The notes: a model not told the origin generated them from the sequence alone. Shown: positions 30,764-44,513, counted from the first letter of the stretch. The stretch: DNA of 64,000 nucleotides from an uncultured Actinomycetes bacterium (GCA_963704885.1 CAVPIB010000004.1:608001-672000), one strand, 5' to 3'. Translations and numbers: made by a program.

Positions 30764-31387
30764 GTGAGCGGCAAACCGGACCTCTCGTTGGAAGCCGACG
30801 ATCTGGGCGGCGACCCGATGATCCAGTTCCGCAGGTGGTTCGAGGACGCCGAGGCGGAGGGCATCCACCTGGCGAACGCGATGGCACTGGCCACGGCCGA
30901 CACGGAGGGTCTCCCCACAGCGCGGCACGTCCTGCTCCGGGGCTTCGACGATCGAGGGTTCGTGTTCTTCACGAACTACGAGAGTCGCAAGGCTCAGCAG
31001 CTGCGAGAGAACCCGAACGCCGCTTTCGCGCTCCTGTGGAAGGAGCTGGACCGGCAGGTGTGTGTGAGCGGACCCGTCCAGCGGATCGCGGCCGAGGAAT
31101 CGGACTCGTACTTCGCATCTCGTCCCCGCGAGGCGCAGATCGGCGCGTGGGCTTCGCGTCAGAGCACGGTTCTCGAGTCACGGGACGACCTGATGACCCG
31201 CTTCGTCGAGGTCGACGCCACCTATCAGGTCGACGTCCCACGCCCGCCGTTCTGGGGCGGCTTCCGGATCTACCCTGACACGGTCGAGTTCTGGCAGGCG
31301 CGCGCGTTCCGCCTGCACGACCGGTTCCGATACACCCGCGATCCGGAGGAGCCAGCCGGCTGGCGCGTCGAGCGGCTCTCCCCTTAG
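30764..31387 (+). CDS. pdxH: Pyridoxine/pyridoxamine 5'-phosphate oxidase
   Basis: NAMALAT, FFTNYESRK, YFASRPR, EFWQ..RLHDR, RLSP. Confidence 0.95.
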   Translation: MSGKPDLSLEADDLGGDPMIQFRRWFEDAEAEGIHLANAMALATADTEGLPTARHVLLRGFDDRGFVFFTNYESRKAQQLRENPNAAFALLWKELDRQVCVSGPVQRIAAEESDSYFASRPREAQIGAWASRQSTVLESRDDLMTRFVEVDATYQVDVPRPPFWGGFRIYPDTVEFWQARAFRLHDRFRYTRDPEEPAGWRVERLSP

Positions 31388-31785
31388 GCGGCGCGCACGG
31401 CCGCGTCGAGGTCAAGCCGGATCTCCGGCGCCTGCAGGATGGAGTTGTGCACGGTGCAGTGCTCGACGACCGCGCGAAGGCGATCGCTGAGCTCCTCCGG
31501 GAACGCTGCCGGAAGGACCAGCCGCATGCCGATGGATCCCACACGTGCCGGCCGCCCCTGCGCCATCTGGAAGGCGCAGTCCACACCGAACCCGTCCGGC
31601 GCGATCCCGTGGCGCACGAAGAACCGCCCGGCATAGTGAGCGACGCAGGCCGCCAGCGATGCAACGAAGAGATCGGTCGGCGTAGGACCCGCGTCGCCGG
31701 AGTCATGCTGATCGACGGTGATCGCGTGAGCACCGATGGTGACCCGGAACCGGTCACCCTGTTGGTGTCGCACTCGGATGTCCAC
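31384..31785 (-). CDS. OsmC/Ohr-family protein
   Basis: GPTPTDLFVASLAAC and CTVHNS two-Cys pattern. Confidence 0.85.
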   Translation of the reverse strand: MDIRVRHQQGDRFRVTIGAHAITVDQHDSGDAGPTPTDLFVASLAACVAHYAGRFFVRHGIAPDGFGVDCAFQMAQGRPARVGSIGMRLVLPAAFPEELSDRLRAVVEHCTVHNSILQAPEIRLDLDAAVRAA

Positions 31786-31937
31786 GGAGCTCGGCCTCCT
31801 CGGGGGTGCTCGACCTGTTCGTCGGCTCCCCCATCCAGACTGCCGCGTCCAGCGCCGGCCGATAGCCCAACTTGGCCCCCGCCCTGCGGGACCATCGACC
31901 CTGCTGCGGCTCCTTGCGAGCGGGGAGCATCGGTCGA

Positions 31938-34900
31938 GTGAGCATCCGGACCCGTTCCGAAGAGCAGGTTGCCGTGCGGCCGCGTTCGACGGTTGATGGC
32001 AACGAGGCCGTTGCGTGGGTCGCGCATCAGCTCTCGGAGGTCATCGCGATCTACCCGATCACTCCGTCCTCGCCCATGGGTGAGCTGGCGGACGCGTGGT
32101 CGGCGATCGGTCATCCGAACCTGTGGGGCGCCGTGCCGAACGTGGTCGAGATGCAGAGCGAAGGCGGCGCGGCCGGGGCGCTGCACGGTGCCATCCAGGC
32201 GGGGGCGCTCGCCACCACGTTCACAGCGTCGCAGGGCCTGCTGCTAATGCTGCCCGACATGTACAAGATCGCAGGCGAGCTCACGCCGTTCGTGATGCAC
32301 GTGGCAGCTCGAACCATCGCCACGCACGCGCTGTCGATCTTCGGCGATCACAGTGACGTCATGGCCGCACGGACGACCGGGTTCGCGATGCTCGCGTCAT
32401 CCTCCGTGCAGGAGGCGCAGGACCTGGCGTTGGTCGCGCACGCCACGACCCTTGAGGCGCGCATCCCGTTCCTGCACTTCTTCGACGGGTTCCGGACCTC
32501 GCACCAGGTCGACAAGATCGAAACGCTCAACGACGGCGACCTGCGAGCCATGGTCGACGACCGGTTGGTTCGAGCTCACAGGGCCCGGGCGCTCACTCCA
32601 GACCGCCCGGTCCTTCGCGGCACGGCGCAGAACCCTGATGTCTTCTTCCAGGCGCGGGAGGCGGCCAACCCCTTCTACCTGGCCCTGCCCGACCTCGTGC
32701 AGCAGACGATGGACCGGCTGGCCGAGCGGACGGGCCGGCCGTACCGGCTCTTCGACTACGTGGGGCATCCGGAGGCCGAACGCATCCTGGTGCTTATGGG
32801 CTCGGCGTGCGGCGCGGCCGAGGAAGCCGTCCAGACGCTCATGGAGCGAGGGGAACGCGTCGGCCTTGTGAAGGTCAGGCTCTTCCGGCCGTTCTCAGCA
32901 GAGGCGCTCGTGGCCGCCATGCCGACCACGGTTCGAGACGTGGGCGTTCTTGACCGCACCAAGGAGCCGGGGGCGCCGGGTGAACCGCTCTATCAGGACG
33001 TCGTCGTCGCCCTGGCCGAGGAGTTGAGCGAAGGACGGGCGCGGTTCGACGGTGGCATGCCACGCGTGATCGGCGGCCGCTACGGGTTGTCCTCGAAGGA
33101 GTTCACGCCGGCGATGGCGGCCGCCGTCTTCGCTGAGCTCTCCACCAGCGAGCCCAAGAACCATTTCACCGTCGGGATCGTGGACGACGTGTCGGGCACG
33201 AGCCTGCCGGTTGATGGGTCGTTCCGGACCGAGCCCGACGATGTCGTGCGCGCGGTGTTCTTCGGCTTGGGTAGCGACGGCACCGTGAGTGCCAACAAGA
33301 ACTCGATCAAGATCATCGGCGAGCACACGGACCTGCACGTGCAGGCGTACTTCGTATACGACTCTAAGAAGGCCGGGTCCGTCACCGTGTCTCACCTACG
33401 GTTCGGTCCGAGCCCGATCCGGTCCACCTACCTGATCGAGCAGGCCAGCTTCGTGGCGTGCCACGACTTCGAACGGCTGGAGCGCACGGACGTGCTCAGC
33501 GTCGCCGCGCCCGGCGCCACGTTCCTGCTCAACAGTCCGTTCGGGCCCAGCGAGGTCTGGGATCGACTGCCGGTCGAGACCCAGCAACAGATCCTGGATA
33601 AGGGGCTGCGGCTGTTCGTGGTCGACGGCTACCGAGTAGCGAAGGAGGCCGGCCTGGGGACGCGGGTCAACACCGTTCTCCAGACCTGTTTCTTCGCGCT
33701 CGCCGGCGTCCTCCCTGTGGAGGAAGCCATCTCGGCGATCAAGGACGCCATCGTCTCGAGCTACGGCAAGCGCGGCGAGTCCGTGCTGTCCAGGAACTTC
33801 GCCGCGGTGGACGGCGCGCTGGCGGCGCTCCACGAGGTCGACGTGCCCTCGGCGACGAGCGGCGAGCTCCACGTGCTTCCGCCCGTGCCAGATGAAGCTC
33901 CTGACTTCGTCCGTCGGGTGACCGCGAAGATGATCGCGGGCCAGGGAGACCTGCTGCCGGTCTCAGCGTTCCCCGTCGACGGGACATTCCCAACCGATAC
34001 CGCACGATGGGAGAAGCGGAGCATCGCCCAAGAGATCCCTATCTGGGATCCGTCCATCTGCATCGACTGCGCCAAATGCGCGCTCGTGTGCCCGCACGCC
34101 GCGATCCGCATGAAGGTCTTCGAACCGTCGGAGCTCGAGGGCGCGCCAGAGGGCTTCAAGGACAAGGAGTGGAAGTCGCGCGAACAGCCGGGGATGCGTA
34201 TGACGATCCAGGTGGCGCCCGACGACTGCACCGGCTGCGGCATCTGCGTCGACGTGTGTCCGGCGCGCAGCAAGGAGCAGGTGAAGCACAAGTCGATCGA
34301 TATGGAGCCGAAGCTCGGGCACCTGGATGATGAGCGGCGGTGGTTCGACTTCTTCCTGTCTATCCCCGACCCTGAGCGGACCGACGTGCGCGCGGACACG
34401 GTCAAGGGCTCACAACAGTTGCGGCCGCTCTTCGAGTTCTCGGGCGCCTGCTCCGGGTGCGGCGAGACGCCGTACCTGAAGGTGCTCACCCAGCTGTTCG
34501 GCGACCGGATGCTCGTGGCCAACGCCACCGGATGCTCGTCGATCTACGGTGGGAACCTTCCGACCACGCCGTGGGCGGTGGATGCCGACGGACGCGGGCC
34601 GGCCTGGTCGAACTCGCTCTTCGAAGACAACGCCGAGTTCGGGCTGGGGATGCGCCTGGCGCTCGACGCTCAGGCCGATCTAGCGCGGACCCTGCTCGAG
34701 GAGATGGAAGATCAGCTCGGCCACAACCTGGTCGTCGGCCTCCACGACGGGATCCACGCCCGCGGCGACGATCAGATAGGGCGGCAGCGCCTCCGCGTGG
34801 AGCAGTTGCGCGAACGGCTCTCGCGCCTGGAGGGAGCCGCTGCCCGCAACCTGGAGGCCGTGGCCGACGCGCTGGTGCCCAAGTCCGTGTGGATCGTGGG

Positions 34901-35574
34901 CGGCGACGGCTGGGCGTACGACATCGGCTTCGGCGGCCTGGACCACGTGCTCGCGATGGGTCGCGACGTGAACATCCTGGTCCTGGACACGGAGGTCTAC
35001 TCGAACACCGGCGGCCAGGCGTCGAAGGCCACCCCGAGGGGCGCCGTGGCCAAGTTCGCCGCGGCGGGCAAGTCCAGTGGCAAGAAGGACCTGGGCATGA
35101 TCGCCACCGCGTACGGCAACGTGTACGTGGCGCAGATCGCCATGGGCGCCGACATGCCGCAGACGGTGAAGGTCCTAGCCGAGGCCGAGGCGCACCGTGG
35201 CCCGTCGCTCGTGATCGCCTATAGCCACTGCATCGCGCACGGGATCGACATGTCGACGGCGATGAGCCACCAGAAGGAGGCTGTCGACAGCGGCTACTGG
35301 CCTCTGTACCGCTTCGACCCGCGTCATGCGCAGGCCGGAGAACACCCGTTCCACCTGGACAGCAAGGCGCCTTCGATCCCCCTGAAGACGTTCACCTCGA
35401 AGGAGGCCCGCTTCGCGATGCTCACGCGCACCGATCCCGATCGCGCGGAGCGTCTGCTCCGCCAGGCACAGGAGGACGTTCGACGCGCGTCGTCGCCTGT
35501 ACGAGCAGCTCGCGAACGTCGAGCGCCGAGCCGAGGACGCGGAGATCACCGACGACGAGGGAGGGACCCACCAG
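31938..35574 (+). CDS. nifJ: Pyruvate:ferredoxin (flavodoxin) oxidoreductase, homodimeric NifJ type; 3' end disturbed by a frameshift near 35480
   Basis: IYPITPSS, EMQSEGGA, two CxxCxxCxxxCP ferredoxin motifs, FEFSGACSGCGE, GGDGWAYDIG, YSNTGGQ. Confidence 0.94.
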
Positions 35575-36611
<1,037 letters not shown>

Positions 36612-36634
36612 CCCACGCGGTATCGTTCGCGCCC

Positions 36635-37986
36635 GTGAGCATCGAAGACACTCCGCATGCGCGTCGCGGGCGACATGCCGCGGACGATCGAAGAGCTCGA
36701 GCGACTGGTGCGGATCCCTTCGATGGGATACCCGGGCTACGACCCTGCGAACGTGCGCGCGTCGGCCGAGGCGACGCGCGAGATCCTCGTGGGCGCCGGC
36801 TTCGCCGGCGCCCACCTGCTGGAGTTGGACGGCGGCCATCCGGCCGTCTTCGGCGAGATCCCAGGACCCGAGGGCGCGCCCACGGTCCTCCTGTACGCCC
36901 ACCACGACGTGCAACCCGAGGGTCCGACCGAGCGATGGGACTCGGCGCCGTTCGAACCGGAGCTTCGCGACGGCCGCCTGTACGGGCGGGGAGCCGCGGA
37001 CGACAAGTCCGGGATCGTGATGCACGCCGCGGCCGTCCGGTCCCTTGCCGGCGACGTGCCGATCACCGTGAAGGTGCTGGTGGAGGGCGAGGAGGAGTGC
37101 TCGACCGCCCACCTCCCCGAGTTGGTCCGCGGGCACGCCGACCTGATCCGCGCGGATGTGGCGGTCATCGCGGACGCCGGCAACTACCGCACGGGCGTAC
37201 CTACGATCACGTCGAGCGTCCGCGGCGTCACCGACTGCGTGGTCTCCGTCCGCGTGCTGCACCAGGCCCAGCACAGCGGTTCGTTCGGCGGTCCGATCCC
37301 CGACGCGCTCGTCGCGCTGGCCCGCATCATCTCGCGCCTGCACGACGACGACGGGAACGTGATGATCCCCGGCTTACGTCGCTCCCCGTGGGAGGGAGCC
37401 CCTTATCCTGAAGGGGAGTTCATCGACGAGGCCGGAGCCATCGCGGGACTGCGCCTGATCGGGAGCGGGCCGATCGCGGACCGGGTCTGGACCGGGCCGG
37501 CGGTCGACGTGTTGGGCATCGACGCGCCCGCGATCCACGGTTCGTCGAACCAGATCGTTCCCATGGCTCGGGCCCGGGTGAGCCTGCGGCTGGCACCGGA
37601 AGACGATCCGGTGGCCGCCACCCGCGAGCTCGCGGACTTCCTCCGGGACTCCGCCCCGTGGGGGGTGGAGGTCGACGTCGCCCCTGGGGCGTTCGAGGCG
37701 GGGGCCGGGTACGTGGTCGACACCTCCGCTCCGGCCATGCTCGCTGCGCACCGACGCGCTGAAGGCGGCGTTCGGCCGGGAGGTCATGGAGATCGGCTCG
37801 GGGGGCTCCATCCCGCTGGTGCCGATGCTGGCCGAGACGTTCCCAGGCATCGCCGTGCTGATGTGGGGAGCCGCGGACGAACGCTCCAACACCCACTCCG
37901 TGAACGAGAGCGTCGACCTGGGCGAGGTCGAACGGATGACCGTGGCCGAGGCGCTATTCATCCAGGGTCTCGCGGACGCCTCGTAG
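36635..37986 (+). CDS. M20/M25/M40 family metallopeptidase (dipeptidase-like); apparent frameshifts near 36650 and 37750
   Basis: LLYAHHDVQP, GRGAADDK, EGEEE, HSG, GSGGSIP, HSVNES. Confidence 0.88.
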
Positions 37987-37992
37987 GCTCCG

Positions 37993-38746
37993 ATGGCGCC
38001 GATCGACGACCTGCTGGCGCGTATGGAAGGTCTGCTCCGGCCGATGCTCGCCGCCGGCGATGAGCGTCAACACTTCCTGGCCACCTACATGCGGACCACG
38101 CTCGAGGTCAAGCACGAGATCGATCGAGGGGCCTTCGTCGACGATGAGTGGACCGAGCGCTGGGACATCGGGTTCGCTGATCTGTACCTGGACGCGCTCG
38201 ACGAATGGAACGACAAGGGCACGGCCCCCGGGCCGTGGAGCATCGCGTTCAAGGCGGCGAACGTCTCGCCGCGCGTCCCGCCGCTCCGTCACCTGTTGCT
38301 CGGCATGAACGCCCACATCAACTTCGACCTGCCCCAGGCGCTGATCCAGGTGATCACCGACCAGGAGTTCGACGACCCCGCTCTCGTGGAACGCCGAGCC
38401 AGGGACCACGAGCGGATCGATGGGATCTTGGCGAGCCGCGTAGCCGCCGAGGATCTAGAGCTGAAGAAGGTGGAGCAACCGGGAGATCGCACGGTGCTCG
38501 ACCACCTGTTGACCCCGCTCAACCGCGTCGGGGTCGAAACGATTCCTGAAAGAGGCTCGAGGGAAGGTGTGGCGGAACGCGCGGGCGCTCAGCCTCGCCC
38601 GTCGGCACAGCCTCGATGAGCTCAGCTCCCGCCTCCGTGAGTTGGAGGAGTTGTCGGCAGAGCGGGTGGCTGACCTCCGCCGCCCCGGACACGTGATCCT
38701 GCGCCTGTCGAGCCATGGGTTCGGCGTTCTTCTAGAGGACGCGTGA
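37993..38746 (+). CDS. DUF5995-like hypothetical protein; apparent frameshift near 38530
   Basis: HLLLGMNAHINFDLP motif; continuation FLKEARGKVWRNA...FGVLLEDA stop in another frame. Confidence 0.7.
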
Positions 38747-38783
38747 CCCGTCGGAGGGCATCTCCGGTGCTACGTTGGGGTGC

Positions 38784-39284
38784 ATGAGCACCGAACCCGA
38801 AGCACCGGTCGAGGTGGTCCAAGCGGTGCCGGTCGAGGCCGGCGACGAACCCAAGATCCCGCTCGGCGCCCAGGAGACCATCGCGGAGCCCGCCAAGCTC
38901 CTGCGGATCGCCAGCATGGTCCGTGAGCTGCTGGAAGAGACCCGGCACGCCCCGCTCGACGAAGAGGGTCGCAAGCGTCTGGCCGACGTCTACCAGCGGT
39001 CGGTCGAGGAGCTCGGCGGATCGATCTCCGAGGACCTCAAAGAGGAGCTGGCGACGCTGGCACCTCCCGTCGACACGGTCCCCACCGAGTCCGAGATCCG
39101 GATCGCTCAGGCGCAGCTGGTGGGATGGCTCGAGGGCCTGTTCCACGGGATCCAGGCCGCGATGTTCGCCCAGCAGGCGGCCGCTCGTGCTCAGTTCGAA
39201 GAGCTCCGGCGACGCGGCCTGCCCAGCGGCCAGCCGGTAGATGCGCCGCAGGACGGACCGCCCCGCAGCGGTCAGTACCTCTAG
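38784..39284 (+). CDS. bpa: Bacterial proteasome activator Bpa/PafE
   Basis: PAKLLRIASM, EIRIAQAQLVGWLEGLFHGIQ, C-terminal GQYL. Confidence 0.93.
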   Translation: MSTEPEAPVEVVQAVPVEAGDEPKIPLGAQETIAEPAKLLRIASMVRELLEETRHAPLDEEGRKRLADVYQRSVEELGGSISEDLKEELATLAPPVDTVPTESEIRIAQAQLVGWLEGLFHGIQAAMFAQQAAARAQFEELRRRGLPSGQPVDAPQDGPPRSGQYL

Positions 39285-40129
39285 GGTTCAGCACCCTCCA
39301 GCGGCTCGACCCTCGTCGAGGTCCCGCCGGCGCTGGTCGCTCCGACGGCCTCTGCGCCACCCGCCAGCCGCTGCGCGATGTACACGGGGATCACCATGGT
39401 CAGCACCACGACGACGGCCACGACGTTCACCACCGGACGGTTCCGAGGCAGCCGTAGGTTGTTGAAGATGAACTTGGGGATCGTGAGCTTGCTTCCCGCC
39501 AGGAAGTTCGTGACGACGATCTCGTCGAAGGAGAGCGCGAAAGCCAACAGCGCCCCGGCGATGACGGCGTTGCGGATCGAGGGGAAGGTGACGTAGCGGA
39601 ACGTCTGCCACCCATCGGCACCCAGATCCATGGAGGCCTCCACCAGCGAGGTAGGGGTGCGCCGAAGGCGCGCCACCACGTTGTTGAACACGACCACGAC
39701 GCAGAACGTGGCGTGTCCGATGACGATGGTGAGAAAGCCGAACGGGATCCCCACGGTGTTCACCGATGAGTTCAAGGCGATCGCCGTCACGATCCCCGGC
39801 AGCGAGATCGGAAGCACCAGCAGGAACGAGACCGAGTTCCGCCCGAAGAACCGGAACCGATGGACGGCGAAAGCTGCCGCGCTCCCCAGGACGAGCGCCA
39901 TCAGGGTCACGATCGTCGCGATCTCCAGGGAGTTCGTCAGCGCCTCGCGCACGTCCGCGTTCCGCCATGCGATCCCGAACCATTTCGTCGTGTAGCTCTC
40001 GATAGGCCACGCTTGTCCGATGCTGTCGTTGAACGCGTAGATCACGACGACCCCGAGCGGGATGTACAGGAACGCCAGCGTGAACCACGTCCCGGCCTTG
40101 ATCATGATGCGCGCGAACCGGGACTCCAT
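39281..40129 (-). CDS. Polyamine-type ABC transporter permease (PotC/YdcV-like)
   Basis: LVEASMDLGA, LLAFALSFDEIVVT; C-terminal part of track ORF 39281..40633. Confidence 0.87.
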   Translation of the reverse strand: MESRFARIMIKAGTWFTLAFLYIPLGVVVIYAFNDSIGQAWPIESYTTKWFGIAWRNADVREALTNSLEIATIVTLMALVLGSAAAFAVHRFRFFGRNSVSFLLVLPISLPGIVTAIALNSSVNTVGIPFGFLTIVIGHATFCVVVVFNNVVARLRRTPTSLVEASMDLGADGWQTFRYVTFPSIRNAVIAGALLAFALSFDEIVVTNFLAGSKLTIPKFIFNNLRLPRNRPVVNVVAVVVVLTMVIPVYIAQRLAGGAEAVGATSAGGTSTRVEPLEGAEP

Positions 40130-41031
40130 CACAACGCCTCGAACGCCCCGGCCCGTTTCGCGAGCGCCAGGTACAGGGCCATCACGACGAGCGGCACCAT
40201 CGCGTATGCGGCCGCCAGCGGGATGTTGCCGGCCACCCCCACGTTGTCGTAGATCACGTTCCCGATGAACTGCGTGTTGCCTACGAGCTCGGGCGCGATG
40301 TAGTCGCCGAGGGTGAGCGAGAAGGCGAAGACCGAGCCCGCTACGACCCCCGGCAGGATCAGCGGGAACATCACCCTGCGGAACGTGGTCCAGCCTCGTG
40401 CGCCAAGGTCGCCGGAGGCTTCCAGGAGCGAGTCCGGGACCCGCTCGATCGCCCCGTAGATCGGGAGGAGCGTGAACGGGAGCCATAGGTAGACGAACGT
40501 GAGCCACACAGACCAATTCGACCGCCCCAGCTGGAGCGATCCGGCGCCGGTGAGTTCGACGAACCAGTTCAGGAGCCCGTTGGGCGTCAGGATGATCTTC
40601 CAGGCGAACACCCGGACCAGGTAGTTCGCCCAAAGCGGCAGGACGACCGCGATCATCAACACCCGCCGCGCTCGCGGGGTGGCCATCCGGGACGCGTAGT
40701 ACGCGAACGGGAAGGCTAGGACGATGTCGGTCAGCGTGACGGCGGCGGCGATACCGACGGTCCGCAGCGTGATCGTGCGATAGACGTCGGTCTCCCAGAG
40801 CGTCTTGAAGTTGGCGAGGGTCCAGTCGTGGACGATCTCGGATGTGAAGACATCCAGCCGCCAGAACGCCGACGCCAACAACAGAGCGAGCGACCCGAGG
40901 TAGACCACCACCATCCAGGTGAGTGGCGCCCCCAGCGAGAGACCGAGCTTGACCCCCCGATGGCGGAAGAGGTAGGCGCTGGCCCGCCGGGTCCGAGAGC
41001 CGACGGGCGGCGAAGCGATATCGGAAGCCAC
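40129..41031 (-). CDS. Polyamine-type ABC transporter permease (PotB/YdcU-like)
   Basis: LLEASGDLGA, FSLTLGDYI; GTG start after GGAGG. Confidence 0.87.
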   Translation of the reverse strand: MASDIASPPVGSRTRRASAYLFRHRGVKLGLSLGAPLTWMVVVYLGSLALLLASAFWRLDVFTSEIVHDWTLANFKTLWETDVYRTITLRTVGIAAAVTLTDIVLAFPFAYYASRMATPRARRVLMIAVVLPLWANYLVRVFAWKIILTPNGLLNWFVELTGAGSLQLGRSNWSVWLTFVYLWLPFTLLPIYGAIERVPDSLLEASGDLGARGWTTFRRVMFPLILPGVVAGSVFAFSLTLGDYIAPELVGNTQFIGNVIYDNVGVAGNIPLAAAYAMVPLVVMALYLALAKRAGAFEAL

Positions 41032-41052
41032 ACGCCTCCCGTCCTGACGAAC

Positions 41053-41083
41053 GAACGGGGGCCGCCTCCGGCGGCCCCCGTTC
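41053..41083. terminator. Strong intercistronic stem-loop after the binding-protein gene (mRNA stabiliser or partial terminator)
   Basis: GAACGGGGGCCGCC-TCC-GGCGGCCCCCGTTC, perfect 14-bp stem. Confidence 0.75.
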
Positions 41084-41095
41084 ACTCAGCTGTCG

Positions 41096-42328
41096 TTACC
41101 CGCCCCGGACCTCGGTCCAGGCCTGGGTCCACTCCGAGTAGTCGATGCAGACGTCTCCCCGGTCGTCGCCGCAGGCGACCTGCGGCGTCTTCCACAGGAA
41201 CAGCGAGTCCAGGAATGACGCGTCCCCGCAGTGGGCCTGCTTGAGAGTGTCCACGGCGGCATCTGCACCCTCGCCGTAGTACTCGACCATGAGCGTGCGC
41301 AGCTCGTCGCAGGACTTCACGTTGCTTCCGGCTGCGCCGTAGTACTCCGCCACCACCGCCTGCACGTCGGGGCGCAGCGTGTAGTCCATCCACTTCAGCA
41401 TGCAGTTCGGGTGCGGCGCGTTGGCCGAGATCATCCACGTGTCGGCCCAGCCGGTCATACCCTCTACGGGTTCGACGGCGTCGACCGGCGCCTCGGGCTC
41501 CGTGTAGGTGAAGTTGACCGGCCACGCGGTGCCGGCGTTCATCGAGCCGTTCACGAACCCGTCGATCTCATCCGTGTACAACGCCCAGTAGCTGCCCACC
41601 AGCGCCGCCTGCTGCTTCAGGAGCGCCACGGCTGCGTCGAACTGCGTCTGGTCGAGCTCATACGGGTCCGTGATCCCGAGGTCCGGATCCGCCGTCATCA
41701 GGTACATAGCCGCATCAGCGATGAAGATGGGCGAGTCGTAGGCAGTGATCGAGCCCGCGTAAGGCGAATCGGCCTCGAACGTGATGTCCCAACTCGTCGG
41801 GGCTGGGCTAACCACCTCGGTGTTGTACATGAGGAAGTTGGGCCCGTACATGTATGGGGTTCCGTACACGTTGCCATCGACGACGTAGTGCGCATTGTTC
41901 GTCCCGCCATCGGGGTTCAGCGGCGCGATGACGTTGGCCATCTCCGGGAACAGCGCCGGGTCCACCGCGCCCACGTCCTGGCCCGCGATCAGCCGGTTCG
42001 AAGCGTCGCCGGACGCCGACAGGCCGTCGTACACCGATCCCTCGCCCTGACGCATCAAGGTAACCATCTCGTCTGAGCTGTCGGCGTATGTCACGTTGAC
42101 GTCGCAACCGCTTTCTTCCTCGAAGGGCGTCACCCAGTCGATGCTCTCGAAACCCTCGGTCGTGCCGTCCTCCGTGTAACCGTGCCAGGCGATGAGCTCG
42201 AGCGCCCCCTCACCCTCGCCGATCGCGTCATACGTCGTCGACGGCTCGACGGCATCGTCGCTCCCACACGCAGCCGCGACGAGCGCGAGCACCCCCGCGA
42301 CCGCCAACCACTTCAGCTTCTTCCTCAT
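41096..42328 (-). CDS. Polyamine-type ABC transporter substrate-binding lipoprotein (YdcS-like)
   Basis: MRKK...VAAAC lipobox, [33 protein letters not shown]. Confidence 0.87.
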   Translation of the reverse strand: MRKKLKWLAVAGVLALVAAACGSDDAVEPSTTYDAIGEGEGALELIAWHGYTEDGTTEGFESIDWVTPFEEESGCDVNVTYADSSDEMVTLMRQGEGSVYDGLSASGDASNRLIAGQDVGAVDPALFPEMANVIAPLNPDGGTNNAHYVVDGNVYGTPYMYGPNFLMYNTEVVSPAPTSWDITFEADSPYAGSITAYDSPIFIADAAMYLMTADPDLGITDPYELDQTQFDAAVALLKQQAALVGSYWALYTDEIDGFVNGSMNAGTAWPVNFTYTEPEAPVDAVEPVEGMTGWADTWMISANAPHPNCMLKWMDYTLRPDVQAVVAEYYGAAGSNVKSCDELRTLMVEYYGEGADAAVDTLKQAHCGDASFLDSLFLWKTPQVACGDDRGDVCIDYSEWTQAWTEVRGG

Positions 42329-43447
42329 CGAGCCCCCTCCTCGTGGTCCATGGACCCCTCGAGTACGCCTCCGGCCTCGTCGACCGGTCGGTTGTTCTTC
42401 CGATCCCACACCAGACGTACGGTCTTGCCTCGCACCTGCAGCGCCTCCATCGACGACGTCGACAGATTCTGCTGCATCACCACCAGCTCGCCCCCCACGT
42501 CGAGCTTCACGATATACCGCGTTATGGCACCCAGGTATACGACCTCACGGACGTGCCCGGATGCCGAACAGTCGTTGGGTCCAACCGGCGCGTCATGCTC
42601 CCGCATGGCGATCTTCTCCGGCCGGACCGTGAACGCATGCTCGCTCCCTGAGATCTCGGCCGCGGCCGTGCCCTCCAAGACGTTGGACACGCCCACGAAA
42701 CCAGCTACGAACCCCGTCGCTGGTCGTTCGTATACCTCTGCGGGGGTGCCCACCTGTTCCACGCGGCCTCGGTTGAACACCGCCAGGCGGTCGCTCATGG
42801 TTAGCGCCTCCTCCTGGTCGTGGGTCACATAGATGAAGGTGAGCCCAACGGACTGCTGGATCTCCTTCAGCTCGATCTGCATCGCCTGGCGGAGCTTCAG
42901 GTCGAGCGCCCCCAGTGGCTCGTCCAAGAGCAACACCTTCGGGCGGTTCACCAGCGCGCGAGCGAGCGCCACCCGTTGACGCTGTCCGCCGGAGAGCTGC
43001 GCGGGTTTGCGGACTCCGAACGCGCCTAGCTGCACCATGGCAAGCGCTTCGTTCACGCGATCGACTCGCTCGTCCTTCGCGACCTTCTTCACGCGCAAGC
43101 CGTAGTCCACGTTCTCGGCGACGGTCATGTGGGGGAACAACGCGTAGTCCTGGAAGACCGTGTTGACGTTCCTCTCATACGGAGCCAGGCGGGAGACATC
43201 CTGACCGTCCAGCAGGATCCTGGCCCTCTGTAGGCACTTCGAACCCGGCGATCATGCGCAGACAGGTGGTCTTCCCGGAACCCGACGGGCCCAGCATGGA
43301 GAAGAACTCCCCTTCCAAGACGTCCAGGTCGACGCCGTCCACCGCGGCCACGTCGCCGAAACGCTTCACGACCTTCTCCAAGCGAACGGCGACACCCGCG
43401 CGCGGGGCGGACGACGTGTCGGCCGTGGTTATGGCAGGTTCGGTCAA
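42325..43447 (-). CDS. Polyamine-type ABC transporter ATP-binding protein; apparent frameshift near 43220
   Basis: GPSGSGKTT in one frame; [26 protein letters not shown] in the next. Confidence 0.87.
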
Positions 43448-43497
43448 GCCAGATCCCCCGTTGGAAGCCCCGATGGATGGCACATCTTGAACGGGAA

Positions 43498-44505
43498 TCA
43501 CCGCGACGGCAATACGCCTTGGCTGGCGCGCAGCGCCTCGGATAGCTCGCGCGTGAGCGAGCCGGCGACCGTCGGTCCCAGGTAGATGAGCGCGGTGTAG
43601 ATCTGCACGGTCGTGGCCCCGGCCTCCAGGCACGCCAGGGCGTCGGCTCCCGACGACACGCCGCCACACGCGTTGATGGGGAGCGCTCCACCGGTGACGG
43701 CGCGCACCTCAGACACGATCGTAGGTGTCCGTTCGAAGAGCGCGCCCCCAGACAACCCCCCCTTCCTCGTCGAGAGCCGGGCGTCCTGCACGGATCGCGT
43801 GTTCGAACAGGTCAGCCCGGATGCCCCCGACTCCTGAGCCACGGCTGCCAGCGCGAGCACCACGTCGCGCTCCACCGGGGTCGAGAACGGCGGCAGCTTC
43901 ACGAAGGTGGGTTTGGGGGTCCGTCCACTGATCGCGGCTACCAGTTCGCGAAGGTGTGCCTCGTTGTCACGGTCGCGACCCCAAGACACGTTGGGACAGC
44001 TCGCGTTCAACTCGATCCCGTCTGCGTAAGGCTCCAGTTGCTCGAGCGCCTGGAGAGCATCGTCGAGCGCCTCGTCGGCTAGGCTGATGAGCCGTGGGAC
44101 GACCGCGCGCGAACGACGACGGATATTCGCGGCCGCGCGCTCGGCGCCGGGATTGGGAAGACCCATCGCATTCGACATGGATCCGCGAGATGGGTACCGT
44201 ACGATCCGGGGCTTGGGGTTGCCCCGCCGAGGCAGATAGGTGACGGTTCCCCCGACCACGTAGCCGAACCCCAAGTCTCCCAAGGCATCCAGATGCGAGC
44301 AGGTCTTGTCGAACCCCGCTGCTAGGCCTATCGGGTTGCGTAGCGGGATCCCGGCGAGGGTCGTCGCCAGACTCGGGTCGTCGGTGGCGTGCCCTATCCG
44401 CGCCCACGGCAGCGGGAGGGTTAACGCGGCACGAGCGACGCGATGGGCCGCTTCCGGCGGGAGGGCGAAGAACAGCGGGCGGCCGACGGCCGAGTACCAA
44501 CCCAT
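43498..44505 (-). CDS. pyrD: Dihydroorotate dehydrogenase, class 2-like
   Basis: [45 protein letters not shown]. Confidence 0.88.
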   Translation of the reverse strand: MGWYSAVGRPLFFALPPEAAHRVARAALTLPLPWARIGHATDDPSLATTLAGIPLRNPIGLAAGFDKTCSHLDALGDLGFGYVVGGTVTYLPRRGNPKPRIVRYPSRGSMSNAMGLPNPGAERAAANIRRRSRAVVPRLISLADEALDDALQALEQLEPYADGIELNASCPNVSWGRDRDNEAHLRELVAAISGRTPKPTFVKLPPFSTPVERDVVLALAAVAQESGASGLTCSNTRSVQDARLSTRKGGLSGGALFERTPTIVSEVRAVTGGALPINACGGVSSGADALACLEAGATTVQIYTALIYLGPTVAGSLTRELSEALRASQGVLPSR

Positions 44506-44513
44506 CGAACACC

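Noticed and set aside
29696-31387. Intact prophage or integrative element at tRNA-Arg
   Set aside because: No integrase, no att repeat of the tRNA 3' end and no phage genes visible.
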